Shown here: positions 33,565 to 44,932 of the stretch, in pieces
Layout of the letters: every line of letters starts with the position of its first letter
How positions within the stretch are numbered: position 1 is the stretch's first letter
From: Caecitellus pseudoparvulus
Taxonomy: Eukaryota; Protista; Bigyra: Bicosoecida
Reading direction: 5' to 3'
DNA length: 64,000 bases
Assembly: GCA_965644315.1 (NCBI GenBank)
Contig: CBFFRQ010000018.1
Coordinates: 1,116,001 to 1,180,000 of the forward strand
Notes under the pieces: model-generated
What the model saw: only the letters and a program-made list of their open reading frames with translations
Told to the model about the DNA's origin: nothing
Databases searched by the model: none
Made by a program: the position numbers and the translations under genes

Positions 33565-35926
33565 TCATTGGCCCACAGGCAGTGTGCTGGCATGCTTGCC
33601 ATGCGGCGCTGCCCCTTCACTCTGCGGTGCTCTGTCGGCTGCAGCCTTCGGACGCCCTTTGCTTCGCTGCCACCTGCCTCTCGTCTTGCGCCCTTTGTTT
33701 GAACGCTCACTGGCTGCACGCCTCGCTTTTCGCGCTGCATGGGAGTCTGTGGTCCGGGTGCCCATGTTATCTCGAGAGCCGCTCATCCGGGCGGACTGGA
33801 TCGGAGTTGCACCACCCTTTGGCTCCAATTTGCTCTGTTCACAATGAACATGGGTCATCTGTTTCTGGCGAATGGGTACTGGCGGCAATGTGGACAAATT
33901 CAGGGCTCGGGCGGCCAAGGGTGGTCGCACAAGCGGCTGCTTTGGCCGCGTCGACCCTGCACAGTTCTTTGCTGCCCCAGCAGCCGACTGTGGCTGCTTC
34001 TCCTTTGGTCCCCTGGGAGCTGTTGCGCACTGTGGGAGGGCCCGCGTTTCTGCGGAAGCTGGTGCTTGAACAGGGACAGTTTCGCAAGAGCACCCCTGGC
34101 ACTTGCCCAGCGAGCCGTGCTGTAGCCTGGCACACGCCTTGTTCAAGCACATGACAACGCCAGCGAGAAGACGAGCCTTGCGGGACCGTTTCGGCGCGGC
34201 AGCTGCAGGGAGCTGGACCACTGGGGGCAAATCAGAGAATGCAAAGTGCCCGGCAGCCATGTCCTCCAACACAGCCTGCAAGTCTTCTGCTCGCAGCGCC
34301 GCAGTGGCCTGCGCTGCCTCAGGTGCTTGACCCGGCGTGAGGAAGCCACGCCACATGCCCTTTTCGAAGGCGCCTCCTCCACCAACGATGCAGCCATGCC
34401 TCACAGTGTTGCACGACATGTCCAGAACAATGCAGCAGCGTTTGCCCGTGTCTCGACAGGAGCGCAGCCCGCGGCCCACTTGCTGCAGGTACAGGGCTCT
34501 GGAGGACGTGGGCCTGGCCAGAAGCACCGCCCCAAGCCGGGGCTCATCGAAGCCCTCAGATAACACCCCAACACTGCACAGTACTTGGATGTCACCCGCG
34601 GAGAGTGCCTCCAAAAGCCTCTGCCGCTCCTCGTGCGGCATGCTTCCATCTAGGTGCGCTGCGGGCACCTCGGCGCTCTGGGGGCAGGGCAGGAAGGGTA
34701 TGCACACCTGTGCTGCACGGAACTTGGCAAGCACACACTCACAACAAAAGCCTGGGCTAGCTTCTGGCTGTGGGCCACATCCACGCAAAAGGCAGCAGTG
34801 CGCAGGCCAGCTGCGTGCACTTGCCAGCTTTCCACAGCTGCGTCAAGGTACTCAGCCTGGCAAAGCAACTGACTCAGGGCAGAGGGTTCATAGTCAGGCT
34901 GGGGCAGCCAAGGGTTTGTGGTTGGCTGCTTCTCTCGCCTACGGTGCGCAGCGCGTCTTCGGTCCCTCCTCAATGGAAGCGAGGCCAGGTCCGCCATGAG
35001 AGCCCCCTGCGAGTAGCAGAGCAAGTGCTGTGCTGCTGAGGTGTGGGAAACGATTTGCAGGGGCACGTACGTGGTGCACTGCATGGGTAATGGGCGGCAC
35101 CAGGACTGCCTGTTTCACCAACTGGTCCACGCCAGGCCCCATGAGCAAGTGGGAAAACACTGCGCCGAGGTGCTCCGTGGCCTGTTCCAGCGAGCGAGGC
35201 GAAGTGGGTGAAAGGCAGAAGGGAAGAAGAATGCGAGGAGCGCCATCGACTCACTTTGGTCCTGATTGGCGTTGCTGTCAGCCCTACGACGAACGTGCCA
35301 GCTGCCCGGAAATCGGCCAGCAACTTGTGGCAGCCCCTGGCGTAGGCCCCGTGTGCTTCGTCGACTACAACCACGTCAAAGGGGCGCTCAGATTCCAATT
35401 GCTCCTTCATGCACAGCGTGATCGTCGGGGAGGAGGGCGCCCTCTCAGAGGGCGCCTGTGCGGACCCGCCCTCCCAAGGATCCAACGCGCCGTCGTCCAC
35501 ATGGCCAGGGCCTGACTCCAGCTTTGCTCCGCGAGCAAGCAAGGCCTGGACACTGGCAACGGTAATGGCCGCACCCGTTTCATCTGTGCTGCCCCCACAT
35601 ATGCGCCCTACTCGTGCAGGCAGGCCGTCCACATCTTGCAGGCCACACAGATCTGCACCCGCCTGCAGCGCTTCCGCAGCCTGGTCCAGCAGCTGCTTGC
35701 GATTCACCAGGAAGCCCACCCGGGAGGCCAACCCACGCCGAAGACAAGACAGCAAGAATGCAACAGCTGTGCGGGTCTTGCCAGCTCCGGTGGGCAGATA
35801 AACTAGGGGGGACACTGGTAATGTGTCTCCTGCCAGGCTTGAGGCCCGGCGAAATTCCGCAGCAGCTCCTTCCAGCAGCAAGCTGCACAGCTCACGCTGG
35901 TAGTCTCGAAGCTCGAAGCAATCCAT
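33565..35926 (-). CDS. SF2 DEAH-box helicase, Irc3/RadD(YejH)-like (ResIII + Helicase_C), multi-intron
   Basis: LRDYQ (Q motif), LPTGAGKT (I), VVDEAH (II), GLTATP (III), AAFCVDVAHS (IV), LSEGFDEP (V), LARPTSSRALYLQQVGRGLR (VI), and a later CLNKAC..KCQGC Cys cluster. Confidence 0.85.
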
Positions 35927-36335
35927 GTATCTTTGGGTGGGGTTGTTCACGGCGTCTCAAGCTCTAGCAGCTCGTCGAAGCCTTCCAACTTCCTTCACAG
36001 GCGTTTGTGACACTTGTGTCACTGCCCGAGCACAGGACGTGGCTGGCGCCTGGACTTCGGCTGCGCTGTGGCCGTGCTCTCAGGCCAGCAATCCACGCTA
36101 CGCTGACGTCAACCTTGCTAGGAAATGCAGTGTGGCAGCAGGGGCAGAGGGGTATGGATTGATTTGTGCACAGCGCCTCTTCGTGTGCCTCTACGCGCTT
36201 TCAATTGGCGTAGCAAGACTGCACGTCAAGGGTGTTCGACAGCACCGCACAGCGGCCGTCCTCCATGACCACCTGGAATCCAAACACACGATCGCCAGAC
36301 CCAAGACCCCCGCGTTGCATCGCTCCTCGGGGTGC

Positions 36336-37766
36336 CTACTGCTCCCCCTGGCCCCGCAAACGGTGAAGCAGCGCCGCCCCAGTCCTGCGGGGTGCTGCCC
36401 CAGACGCCGGCTGGGAAGGCAATGTTCCCGGAGGGGTCCCAGTGGGCGGAGACTGCAGCACAGATGCCAAGAGCTCCTTGGGCGACTGCCCTGCAGGGCC
36501 CTGGGCCCTAGCACCCCCCCTCATGTGAGCTAGCAAAGCCGCAGCGGAGGACGTCGAGCCAGAACGCCCTACCCCGCGCGCCGGAGGAGGCTGCACAAAG
36601 CCAGTGACATTCGGGAACGGAAGTTGACTATGCGGTGCGGGCACGGGGAGCGTGGATGGCACAGGGACGCCGTGGATGGGAGTCGGAGCAGCAGGCGGGG
36701 ACGGCTGGGGCTGAGGCACGCCGGCCGAGTTGGGCTGCGTAGCGCTGCTGTGGCGAGCAGCCACTGCGTCGGCATGGTACACCAGTGTGGGCCCGCCGAA
36801 CTCCGCAGCAGAGCCGTCGTAGGTGTAGTCCAGGCCGGTGAGCTTGCTGTTTGCGCTGAACATATCATCCACCGTCCACCCTGACTCGCCCTCATCCTCG
36901 GAGCCAAAGGTGGCTGCGTTGTGCATGTCTGCTGCCCGCCCGGCCCGTGCCTCCTCCTGGGCTGCTGCCCTGGCTCCTGAAGCGTGCCCGGTCGCCGCGC
37001 CCCGCCGCCGACCAGCCCGCCGAGGCACGCGGGTAGGCATCTTCCCGCCTGCCTTCACAAACTCCCGAAGCCACTCCAAGATCGGGAACATCGGCCAGAA
37101 ACGCTGCACTCCGGGGCGCCGCTTGTTCTTGGGCCTGCGCAGGACAGCCTTGGTGTCCCAGCGCCGAACCTCGCTCACCTCCTTCCGTGTTGTGGGGGCG
37201 TAGGCAAAGTCCTGGGGCGCCCCGACGACCACGTACAGGCGCACGAGCTGGTCCCCGTTCATCCACTCAACGTACACTTTATCGTCAATGAGAGGGGTGG
37301 GGTCGAAGCCGGTCTCTTCCGCTGTCTCGCGGGCTGCACACTGTGCCGGGCTTTCACCCGCGTTGAGCTTGCCCCGCGGCGCGTTCCAGCACTTGCCGCT
37401 CCACGACTTGCACAGCACCATGCCTTCGCAGGATTCAGTGAAGAGCACCGTCCCGTACACTGGAATGCTCTTGATGTAGTCCTTGAACTCCTGAAAGTAC
37501 TGCGCATGCCGCTCCTTGTACGCTTGCAGCACCGGGTTGCGCTCGAAGAGCAGTTTCGTGAACTCCCGAGCTCGAAGGTGGGGCACATGCTCCAGTTGGT
37601 CCACGTAGAAGTCTTCATAAAACCAGTGGGCCTGCTGAACTTGCATGAACAGACGGTCAGCCGAGGGTGGCTCGTCGTCTGGCAGGTTGATGAGGAACCT
37701 GACTGACAGGTCTGCCAGGGCTTCATTGACGTCCAGGGGCACCTCTGCCTCGAACTCCTCTGCCAT
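36336..37766 (-). CDS. DCP2: mRNA decapping enzyme subunit 2
   Basis: BoxA ALADLSVRFLINLP...LFMQVQQAHWFYEDF, IPVYG, Nudix box PRGKLNAGESPAQCAARETAEETGFD, PTTRKEVS. Confidence 0.95.
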   Translation of the reverse strand: MAEEFEAEVPLDVNEALADLSVRFLINLPDDEPPSADRLFMQVQQAHWFYEDFYVDQLEHVPHLRAREFTKLLFERNPVLQAYKERHAQYFQEFKDYIKSIPVYGTVLFTESCEGMVLCKSWSGKCWNAPRGKLNAGESPAQCAARETAEETGFDPTPLIDDKVYVEWMNGDQLVRLYVVVGAPQDFAYAPTTRKEVSEVRRWDTKAVLRRPKNKRRPGVQRFWPMFPILEWLREFVKAGGKMPTRVPRRAGRRRGAATGHASGARAAAQEEARAGRAADMHNAATFGSEDEGESGWTVDDMFSANSKLTGLDYTYDGSAAEFGGPTLVYHADAVAARHSSATQPNSAGVPQPQPSPPAAPTPIHGVPVPSTLPVPAPHSQLPFPNVTGFVQPPPARGVGRSGSTSSAAALLAHMRGGARAQGPAGQSPKELLASVLQSPPTGTPPGTLPSQPASGAAPRRTGAALLHRLRGQGEQ

Positions 37767-38219
37767 GACTCGGGTGTCCTAGTAGGCAATGCTTCGTTGC
37801 GGTCGACAGGCAGTGGGAGGACTGCGTGGCACGGAGCGCTTGGCTGTGAAACGCAGGCGCAACGCTCAGCTTGCTCAGCGCAGCGCATGCAGCACGTCAG
37901 GAGCTGCGAGACTCAATGAGAGGACGCCAAGCAATCAAGACGCCGAATTTTGATTCAGCGCAGTGGCCACTTGGGTGTGCAAGGGTGCCAGTGCCACACC
38001 GTGGGCCCCTTCACCTGCATCTGTCCAGTCGGCTGTCAGCGGTGGCTGCTCAACAAACCCACCGAATGCAGAAACTGGACGCCGCGAAGAATGTGCATGA
38101 GGGCTTTCGTGTGACTCAGATCTGAGTCAACGGCGCTGGGCGCTCCCCACGGCCCGCGCTGGCGCGCCAAGCCTTCTCCCAAGTCGCTTCCCCGACACTC
38201 CGCAGGCACACACAGCACG

Positions 38220-39440
38220 ATGCAAGTTGGGCGGGACTCGCTGCTGGCGCTGTCACACTTCGCACCCAGCGCGACAGTGGGAGGCTTGAGCGCTCTGGTC
38301 TTGCTCCTGATCCTGTGCAAGTCTTCGTTGATGCCTTGCTTGGGCGCGGCCGTCTTGGCGTGGACAGCTGCATGTCACACAGCCTGGCTCTGGCCCTGTG
38401 CCGTGCTGGTGCTTGTTGCCGGACTGGCGACTGACCTTGGCCTGCTGCGGGGGCAGGCGATCAAACCTAGCGACATGGTGGTGGCCAACACGCAGCATTT
38501 GCTGGCAGCTGTGCGCGCCGCTGGCACCTTCACACCGCCTGTGCCCACGGGTGATACGCCAGTGACCCTGCGCGACCCTCCTGTTGACACGCCCAAACCC
38601 CCGGCAAGCGCCGAAGAGCGCACCGATGCAGACACCGCAGGCACCCCTGATGCAGCTCCAGGCGCAGGCGGCGCCGCTGCAGCAGCGGGGCCCCCCTCAC
38701 CAGGAGGCGGCGCGCTTGCAGTGCCGAACACATACGACCCTGACCACGGGCACCATGTCTTCGCGGACATTCCCCACTCAGCGGAGAAGGTGCGCGGCGC
38801 CAACTACCTGCACGACGGCGTGAAGGAGGCTGCCAAGCCGTCCCTCTTCAGCGCTGTGCACGTGGAGTGCTTCTTCTCAGCCGTGCGCATGACGCACGTG
38901 GCGCAGCGCCGCAATGGCTTCCTGCAGCGGGCACGCGCGGCAGGGGACACACGGCAGTACTTCATCATCGCCTACAACTGCCCGCCCAAGCCGTACGTGA
39001 CCATGATCATGTATTTCGCAGCTGAGGAGCAGAACCTGGCGCTGTACCCGCCCTTCCAGCGCCTGTGGGAGTCGTTCCACTCCCAGGACGACGAGTGGCG
39101 CAACCAGCGCTTTAAGCTCATCCCCTCCATCCCCGAGTGCCCCTGGGCCGTCAAGTGGGCCGTCGGCAACACACGTCCCGTCCTCCTGGCACGGCGCCTG
39201 GCCCACGACTACCACATCTCCCGGGAGGGCAAGTATGTGGAGATGGACTGCGATGTGGAGTCCTCGGCGTGGGCGACACGCATCGTGGGCACCCTGCGAC
39301 ACAACATGTCCTCCATCGTCATTGACCTGGCGTTCACGCTGGAGGGGCGCAGCGAGGAGGAGCTGCCTGAGGCGGTGCTGGGCGCCATCCGCTTGCGCTA
39401 CATTAATTTGAAGCAGTGTGCGACGCTGCGGCTACAATGA
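38220..39440 (+). CDS. EDR2 C-terminal domain (DUF1336) protein with hydrophobic N-terminus
   Basis: KVRGANYLHDGVK, RNQRFKLIPSI, WAVKWAVG..PVLL, YVEMDCDVESS, IDLAFTLEGRSEEELPEAVLGAIRL. Confidence 0.88.
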   Translation: MQVGRDSLLALSHFAPSATVGGLSALVLLLILCKSSLMPCLGAAVLAWTAACHTAWLWPCAVLVLVAGLATDLGLLRGQAIKPSDMVVANTQHLLAAVRAAGTFTPPVPTGDTPVTLRDPPVDTPKPPASAEERTDADTAGTPDAAPGAGGAAAAAGPPSPGGGALAVPNTYDPDHGHHVFADIPHSAEKVRGANYLHDGVKEAAKPSLFSAVHVECFFSAVRMTHVAQRRNGFLQRARAAGDTRQYFIIAYNCPPKPYVTMIMYFAAEEQNLALYPPFQRLWESFHSQDDEWRNQRFKLIPSIPECPWAVKWAVGNTRPVLLARRLAHDYHISREGKYVEMDCDVESSAWATRIVGTLRHNMSSIVIDLAFTLEGRSEEELPEAVLGAIRLRYINLKQCATLRLQ

Positions 39441-39475
39441 ACGACTCGCTGAGAGGGGTGTGCAGTGCGCACCGG

Positions 39476-42400
39476 TCACTCGGCGCCGCCCTCCAACACG
39501 GCGTCGCGCATGGCCACCTCCTGCACCATGCGGTACAGAGTCTTCCGCGTGACAGATCCAGCGACAGAGTACCCCCTGTTGCCCAGCCACGCGCGCAGGT
39601 GCTCGAAGCTGATGGTGGGGCGCAGGTCCAGCTCCAGCTTGACGTCCACGGGGGGCAGGTCCGCCAGGGGGCCTTCGTCGGCACGCCCCCTGCGGCTGCC
39701 TGGGTGCCACACCGCCGCTTCGGAAAAGGTCAGGCCGTCAGGCAAATGCTCGGCAAAGTCTGCAGAAAAGTCGGCCGCCTGGGCCTCCGTCAGCGCCGGC
39801 CGCCGTCGGCCCCGAGCCTTGCCGCACGGCGCCCCTCCTCCAGCCGCCGCGCTGCCTTGCGCGAAGCCCTTCTGTGGCGCCCGCTCCCCCATGCGGGAGT
39901 ACGTCAGGTGCCTGGCGCCGCCGAACGCCTGCTTGACGGTCAGGCCCACGTGCATGTGAGGGAAGTGCCCCAGCACCTCCAGCACCCGCTCCCGGACACC
40001 CGGCCTGACGTACTCCTCCAGCCCCCGCTGGCGCAGCAGCTCGGCGGCCTGGGGGGCGTGCTGCACCACCATGTCCAGGAGGGCGCCCCGGCGCTTGCGC
40101 GTGTCGGAGGGGGGCAGGGCCAGGTCGCGGTTGCGCAGCCACGCCATGAGGTAGCGGTTGTGGGCCTTGGAGGCGTCGTCCAGGACAGCCAGCAAGCCCC
40201 CCCCCTCCAGGCCCGTGAGGGGCCCCTCGTCGAAGACATACCGCAGCCAGCGCTTGGGGGGGCCTTTCAGCACCACGCCTTCGTGGATGGGCAGGATGAG
40301 GTGCCCTGCTGCCGTGTGCAGGCCCTGGGCGGGCAAGGTGCCTTCCGCCACGAGGCTCGCCACTGCAGCTTCGAAGGCGGCGTCTTCCTCAGGCGTCGTC
40401 AGCGGCACCATCTTCTGCCGAGTGCGGGCTTGCTGGGCGCTCAGGCGCTCGCCGTCGGGGTTGATGTCCACGAGGGGACAGGGGCGTGGCGAGCCAGGTG
40501 CCTCGCCGGCGCCCCCCCCCTCCTCCTCGCCACCACTGGCTTCCGACGCAGACTGCAACAGCTCGTCCTCATCCAAGCTCTGCAAGAGCCCCGCCTCCTG
40601 CTCCTGGCTCACGGCTTCCTCCTCCTCACTGGTCTCGCCGCCGCTGGCCTCGGCTGCGCTGGCCACCTCCCATGGCAGCGCCCGCCTGCGACGGTGGCGG
40701 GGAGGCTGAACCGCTGAGCCAGCGGCGGCCACACCCTCGCTCGCCGCACCCCGCTGCACCATGACATGCTCCCGGACTTCTGCCGGGGTGGACAGCAGGC
40801 CTGCGAGGGGGTCAGCCTTGCTCAGGCGGGGAGCACCACCCGTCTCCGACGCCACCAGGTCGTAGATGCTGTCGGACACGCGCGCCCGGCGAGAGCGACG
40901 GGAGGGGCTGGAGGCAGACGAGGCGCCCGGTCCCCCCTCTCCACGCAAGGCAGCGTACGCTGCGGCAGCCTTGGGGGGGGGTGGCTCCGACGCCGCCGCC
41001 CCCTGCAGCAGGGCCATGGTGGCTGGGGAGGGCCGGACGCCGTGCTGCTCCATGAGCTCCACCACCGCGTCTGCCAAGTGTGGCGCATCCTGCGCCACCG
41101 CCCCCGCGATGACCACGTCGCACATGCCGTGCGAGGGCGCCACGCCTGCAGCGCTGCACTGCTGCAGGAAGGCGAGGGCGTGCTCCACGACGCCGCAGCG
41201 CACGGCCGCATGCAGGGCGGCCTGCAGCGCCTGCTCCTCAGGCACGCACCGATGCTCCGTGATGCAGCTGTGCAGCGCGGCGAAGGAGAGGCCTGGGTCC
41301 CCCCCCGCGCCAGCTGCCGTGACGAGCGCAGTGAGGGCTGCCTGAGGCAGGGGCGGTCGCGCACGCAGGGCCTCGGGGAAGGCGGCGCCCCAGGGGAAGG
41401 CCGGCTGGGCGGTGGGGTCCAGCGGCAGCGGCGGGGGCAAGGTGCCCCCTGCCCCGCCAGCCTGCGCGAAGTCCTCCCCAAGCACAGCCGCCAGGAGTGG
41501 CGACAGGGCAGAGTCCGGCGTATCCATGTCGGGCGTCAGCGCTCCCCGCAGGAACAGGCGCGCCCGCGTCATGCCCCAGTGCCACATGGCACCCTCCTCC
41601 TCCTCGCCACTGCCCGGCTGTGCCGCGTCGGGGCCAGGCAGGCCCGAGTCTGCCAGGTGGTGCAGTGCCAGGTGCGGCGCTGCGTACAGGTGCATGAGGG
41701 GGGGCAGGATGCGCGGGTCCAGGGGGATGCCGTCAGCCAGCGCAGCCGCCACTGCCGCCTCTGCCACCACCACGTGCCGGTCCACGGCCAGCAGGCTGCC
41801 GTCGCGAAGGGGCGTCCACACGGGGGGTGCCGCTAGGCCAGCTGCAGCCGTGGCGGCGGCACAGCGGATGACAGCGCCGTAGTGCCAGGGCGCTAGACCG
41901 GGGGCCTCCCCCGCGCTGGCTGCGGCACGGGCATCCTGCATCCACCGCAAAGCCAGCCACGGCACCCACCCACCGTCGTCCGGGATGCCAGTCACGGATG
42001 CGGGGGGCTCGCCGTCCAGGGCAGGCACGGGGAACGGCGCCTGCCAGCCGGGCTGCAGCAGGTGACCTGGGCAAGACACGTCCACAGCGGCGGCCTCGGC
42101 AGGCGCGGCACGTTCGTTGGCAGGGACGCCCCAGGGCCAGGTCTTGAAGGCGCCTTGTCCAGAGGCATGCGCGTCCCAAGCAGCCTGCCACGCGTTGCCC
42201 ACTGCTGGGGGGTGGGCTGCCGCCGTCGCGAGGGAAGAGACGACCGGCACACTCGTACTGGCACGGTGCTCCAGGAGGAGCCCCTGGCGGATGTCGCCGC
42301 CCGCAGCCGATGGCGGCAGGAGGTCCCCCACGACAGGCGCGTCGGAGGGGGGGGTGGACAGGGTCTGGGGTGGCCGGTGCCCCCGCAGACCTGCGTACCG

Positions 42401-43822
42401 CGGCTCCATGCCGGGCTGTACCACGCCCAGCATGTCCTGCACAGTGGGGCTGTGATGCGCAACGGTGTCGTCCGCCCTGCCACCTGCGGCAGCCGCTGAG
42501 GCAGGCAGGTGCCGTGCCCGGCGTTCAGCCTCCGTGGCACTCCTCAGGGTCGCGCGGAGGGCCTGGCGATAGGCGCGAGCCATGTCCTGGGCGGAGGGCG
42601 GTGCCGCCCGCCGCCCGTGCACGTCGCGCTGCCACAGCAGCAGCACCTCGGCGGCGATGTCCGGGGATGCCACCGCCGCCGCAGCAGCCAGGAGGTGCAC
42701 GAAGGACTCCCCCGTCGGCTGCAGGCCCGAGGCGACGGCGTCGTCGTACAGGCTCAGCGCCATGGCAGCACTGCCCTCCGCCGCACAGGCCAGCAGGGCG
42801 GAGTTGTACATGTCCATGGAGGGGGGCACGCCCGCGGAACGGCAGGCGTACAGGGACTCCACCACGACGCCCCGGTGGCCGCCTGCCGCGGCGCAGGCGG
42901 CATACGCCTCCCACGCCTCCAGCGTCAGAGGGGGTGGCGGCGGCGGGGAGGTGGGCGCCCCTGACCCTGGCAGAGTGGCAGTGGGGATGGGGGCGGTGGT
43001 CGGGAGAGGCTGGCGGCCCCCTCGAGCCACCAGGGCACGCCAGTAGCGAATGCCCCGTGTGGCCTCCCCCAGCACACGGCAGGCTCGCAGCACATCCACC
43101 AGCAGCGCACTGGTGACGGGCAGGCCCATGCCGTACATGCGGTCGAAGACGGCCAGGGCCTCGGCGTGCCGGCCCTGGCCACTCAGCCAGCCCATCCACG
43201 CCTGCGCTGCTTCCGGTGTCGGCGGGGCGGCCATGCCCGCCATCACCTCCAGCACCTGCCCCACACCCTGGAAGTGGCCCTGCGTTGCCAGCGCGGTGAG
43301 CAGCGCTTGGCTGGCAGGGAGACGGCTGTCGCCGGCGCTGCGCACGCGCAGAGGCGCGATGAAACTGCAAAGTGCGTCTACGCTGGAGCAGCTTTGCAAG
43401 GCATGCACTAGCCGCGCCTGCATGTCCCCCCCGCGCTCTCGGAGAGTGGGGGCGGCCAGCAGCGCCTGCCATGCACCCGCCGCGGCCTCTGTCACTGGCT
43501 CTGGCTGCGACAGCCAGAGACTCAGCGCCGACAGGAGCGTCTCAGCCGGCACACTGGATCGCTGTTGCACGGCAAGCGCAAAGGCTTGTGCGGCGTGCTG
43601 CGCATCCTGCTTCGCCACGGCCGACTGCAGCGCGGCTGGGGCGCTACCAATTTCCGCAACCAACCCCACGTCATCAGCAGCCGTCCCCTTGGACCGTCGC
43701 AGTGGAAACGCTGCATAGGTACCGCTCCTGATGAGACCTGTGAACACCCAGGGCTGTCCAGCAGCACTTGATGCAGCCACCTGCCTGGCCGCTCGCTTCG
43801 AGCTCCGAGACAAGCGGAACAT
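39476..43822 (-). CDS. Pentatricopeptide repeat (PPR) protein, probably mitochondrial
   Basis: 35-aa PPR-like units (GRHAEALAVFDRMYGMGLPVT; MYNSALLACAAEGSAAMALSLYDDAVASGLQPT; VVELMEQHGVRPS). First ATG gives a presequence-like MFRLSRSSKRAARQV. Confidence 0.8.
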   Translation of the reverse strand: MFRLSRSSKRAARQVAASSAAGQPWVFTGLIRSGTYAAFPLRRSKGTAADDVGLVAEIGSAPAALQSAVAKQDAQHAAQAFALAVQQRSSVPAETLLSALSLWLSQPEPVTEAAAGAWQALLAAPTLRERGGDMQARLVHALQSCSSVDALCSFIAPLRVRSAGDSRLPASQALLTALATQGHFQGVGQVLEVMAGMAAPPTPEAAQAWMGWLSGQGRHAEALAVFDRMYGMGLPVTSALLVDVLRACRVLGEATRGIRYWRALVARGGRQPLPTTAPIPTATLPGSGAPTSPPPPPPLTLEAWEAYAACAAAGGHRGVVVESLYACRSAGVPPSMDMYNSALLACAAEGSAAMALSLYDDAVASGLQPTGESFVHLLAAAAAVASPDIAAEVLLLWQRDVHGRRAAPPSAQDMARAYRQALRATLRSATEAERRARHLPASAAAAGGRADDTVAHHSPTVQDMLGVVQPGMEPRYAGLRGHRPPQTLSTPPSDAPVVGDLLPPSAAGGDIRQGLLLEHRASTSVPVVSSLATAAAHPPAVGNAWQAAWDAHASGQGAFKTWPWGVPANERAAPAEAAAVDVSCPGHLLQPGWQAPFPVPALDGEPPASVTGIPDDGGWVPWLALRWMQDARAAASAGEAPGLAPWHYGAVIRCAAATAAAGLAAPPVWTPLRDGSLLAVDRHVVVAEAAVAAALADGIPLDPRILPPLMHLYAAPHLALHHLADSGLPGPDAAQPGSGEEEEGAMWHWGMTRARLFLRGALTPDMDTPDSALSPLLAAVLGEDFAQAGGAGGTLPPPLPLDPTAQPAFPWGAAFPEALRARPPLPQAALTALVTAAGAGGDPGLSFAALHSCITEHRCVPEEQALQAALHAAVRCGVVEHALAFLQQCSAAGVAPSHGMCDVVIAGAVAQDAPHLADAVVELMEQHGVRPSPATMALLQGAAASEPPPPKAAAAYAALRGEGGPGASSASSPSRRSRRARVSDSIYDLVASETGGAPRLSKADPLAGLLSTPAEVREHVMVQRGAASEGVAAAGSAVQPPRHRRRRALPWEVASAAEASGGETSEEEEAVSQEQEAGLLQSLDEDELLQSASEASGGEEEGGGAGEAPGSPRPCPLVDINPDGERLSAQQARTRQKMVPLTTPEEDAAFEAAVASLVAEGTLPAQGLHTAAGHLILPIHEGVVLKGPPKRWLRYVFDEGPLTGLEGGGLLAVLDDASKAHNRYLMAWLRNRDLALPPSDTRKRRGALLDMVVQHAPQAAELLRQRGLEEYVRPGVRERVLEVLGHFPHMHVGLTVKQAFGGARHLTYSRMGERAPQKGFAQGSAAAGGGAPCGKARGRRRPALTEAQAADFSADFAEHLPDGLTFSEAAVWHPGSRRGRADEGPLADLPPVDVKLELDLRPTISFEHLRAWLGNRGYSVAGSVTRKTLYRMVQEVAMRDAVLEGGAE

Positions 43823-44001
43823 GCTGGTTGGCTGGTCTCTCTCGCGAGGAGGCTGTGGTAACTGCCAGGACGCCCTGAGCAGCGACAAGGAGCCCCCAGG
43901 AGCCCCATGCCTGGACTTGTATCAGTGACTGGACTTTGAATTTGGGGTGCCTCTGGGCATGGATGGAGGTGAGTGAAGGGGCCCTGCGCCGCTCAAGCGC
44001 C

Positions 44002-44645
44002 TCACGTGGAAGCAGAGCCACCAGAGATCTTGTCCTTCACCACTGCCGCACTGCTGGCAGCTGCGATGTCCTTGGCGTCCATCACGGAGCCGATGCCGCC
44101 GACGATGAAGGCGGAAAGGGCTGCCTGCAAGTCCCCCCCGGCTTCCTGCAGCGCTGTGGTGGCCTGCTTCTTGCTCAGCCCGAATTCCTGACATACCGCG
44201 ATACATGAGGGGTGCAAAATCAAGCATGGCGCCTGCACGAGGGCCCTTGCACTCACACTTTGCATGACCTCCACGTCTTCATCCGCCACGGCCACAGCCA
44301 AGCGCCGCCGAAGTCTGCGAAGAGCGAGAAAGTCACACTCCCATGTCACAGGCGCACAGCGAGAGGACGCCAGGCAGCACAGATGCGACCCACTCGGCAG
44401 CTTTGTCTGCCTTCTTCGCGGCTTCCGCGTCTGCGAAAGCTTGCAGGGCCTGCGCGAGGATGGGAGGGGGTGTGCGGTTTGCCTCCAATTTCCGCGTCGA
44501 CACAAGCACGGCTGTCCGGCGCCTGCCAACTCTGACATGGACCACTCACAGCAGTGAGATCCTCTGAAGCCCCTGATGCATCCACGGCTTGGTCTGCCAC
44601 GCGGTCCGTGACCTTGTCCAGGCTGGCAGCAGTGGACTGGTCCAT
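44002..44645 (-). CDS. HYPK: HYPK-like (huntingtin-interacting protein K; NAC/UBA-like domain). Introns 44450-44549, 44315-44393, 44188-44256
   Basis: Spliced LDKVTDRV...ELRRRLAVAVADEDVEVMQS|EFGLSKKQATTALQEAGGDLQAALSAFI matches the HYPK pattern LErVTDy / V..eDV..i..E.el....A...L.e..Gd...AL. Confidence 0.78.
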
Positions 44646-44932
44646 GACTGGCGCTGTGTGCAAATGTGCTGCCCGGGACAAACCTCGATTGGATTGGCAG
44701 CTTCGCGAGAGCAGCCCTTGAGAGCGAGGGGCGGAATAAAGGCCTAAGGGGCGCCTACAGCATGAGGACTGGGCAAGTTCCTGGCCAGTTGAAAGTGTCC
44801 ACGTGAGGTAGCTTGGCTCGAGACACTCAAGACAAAAACTGCGCTGCCTGCCACTTCCAAAGGAACACAGTCATTCGCAGGGCGCGCGGGCACCCACCCC
44901 CACCCGCTAGCCGCAGCACCAAAAGACTTAGC

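Noticed and set aside
33565-35926. Type III restriction or other defence-system helicase
   Set aside because: No methyltransferase or nuclease partner nearby; the gene has spliceosomal introns and sits among housekeeping genes.
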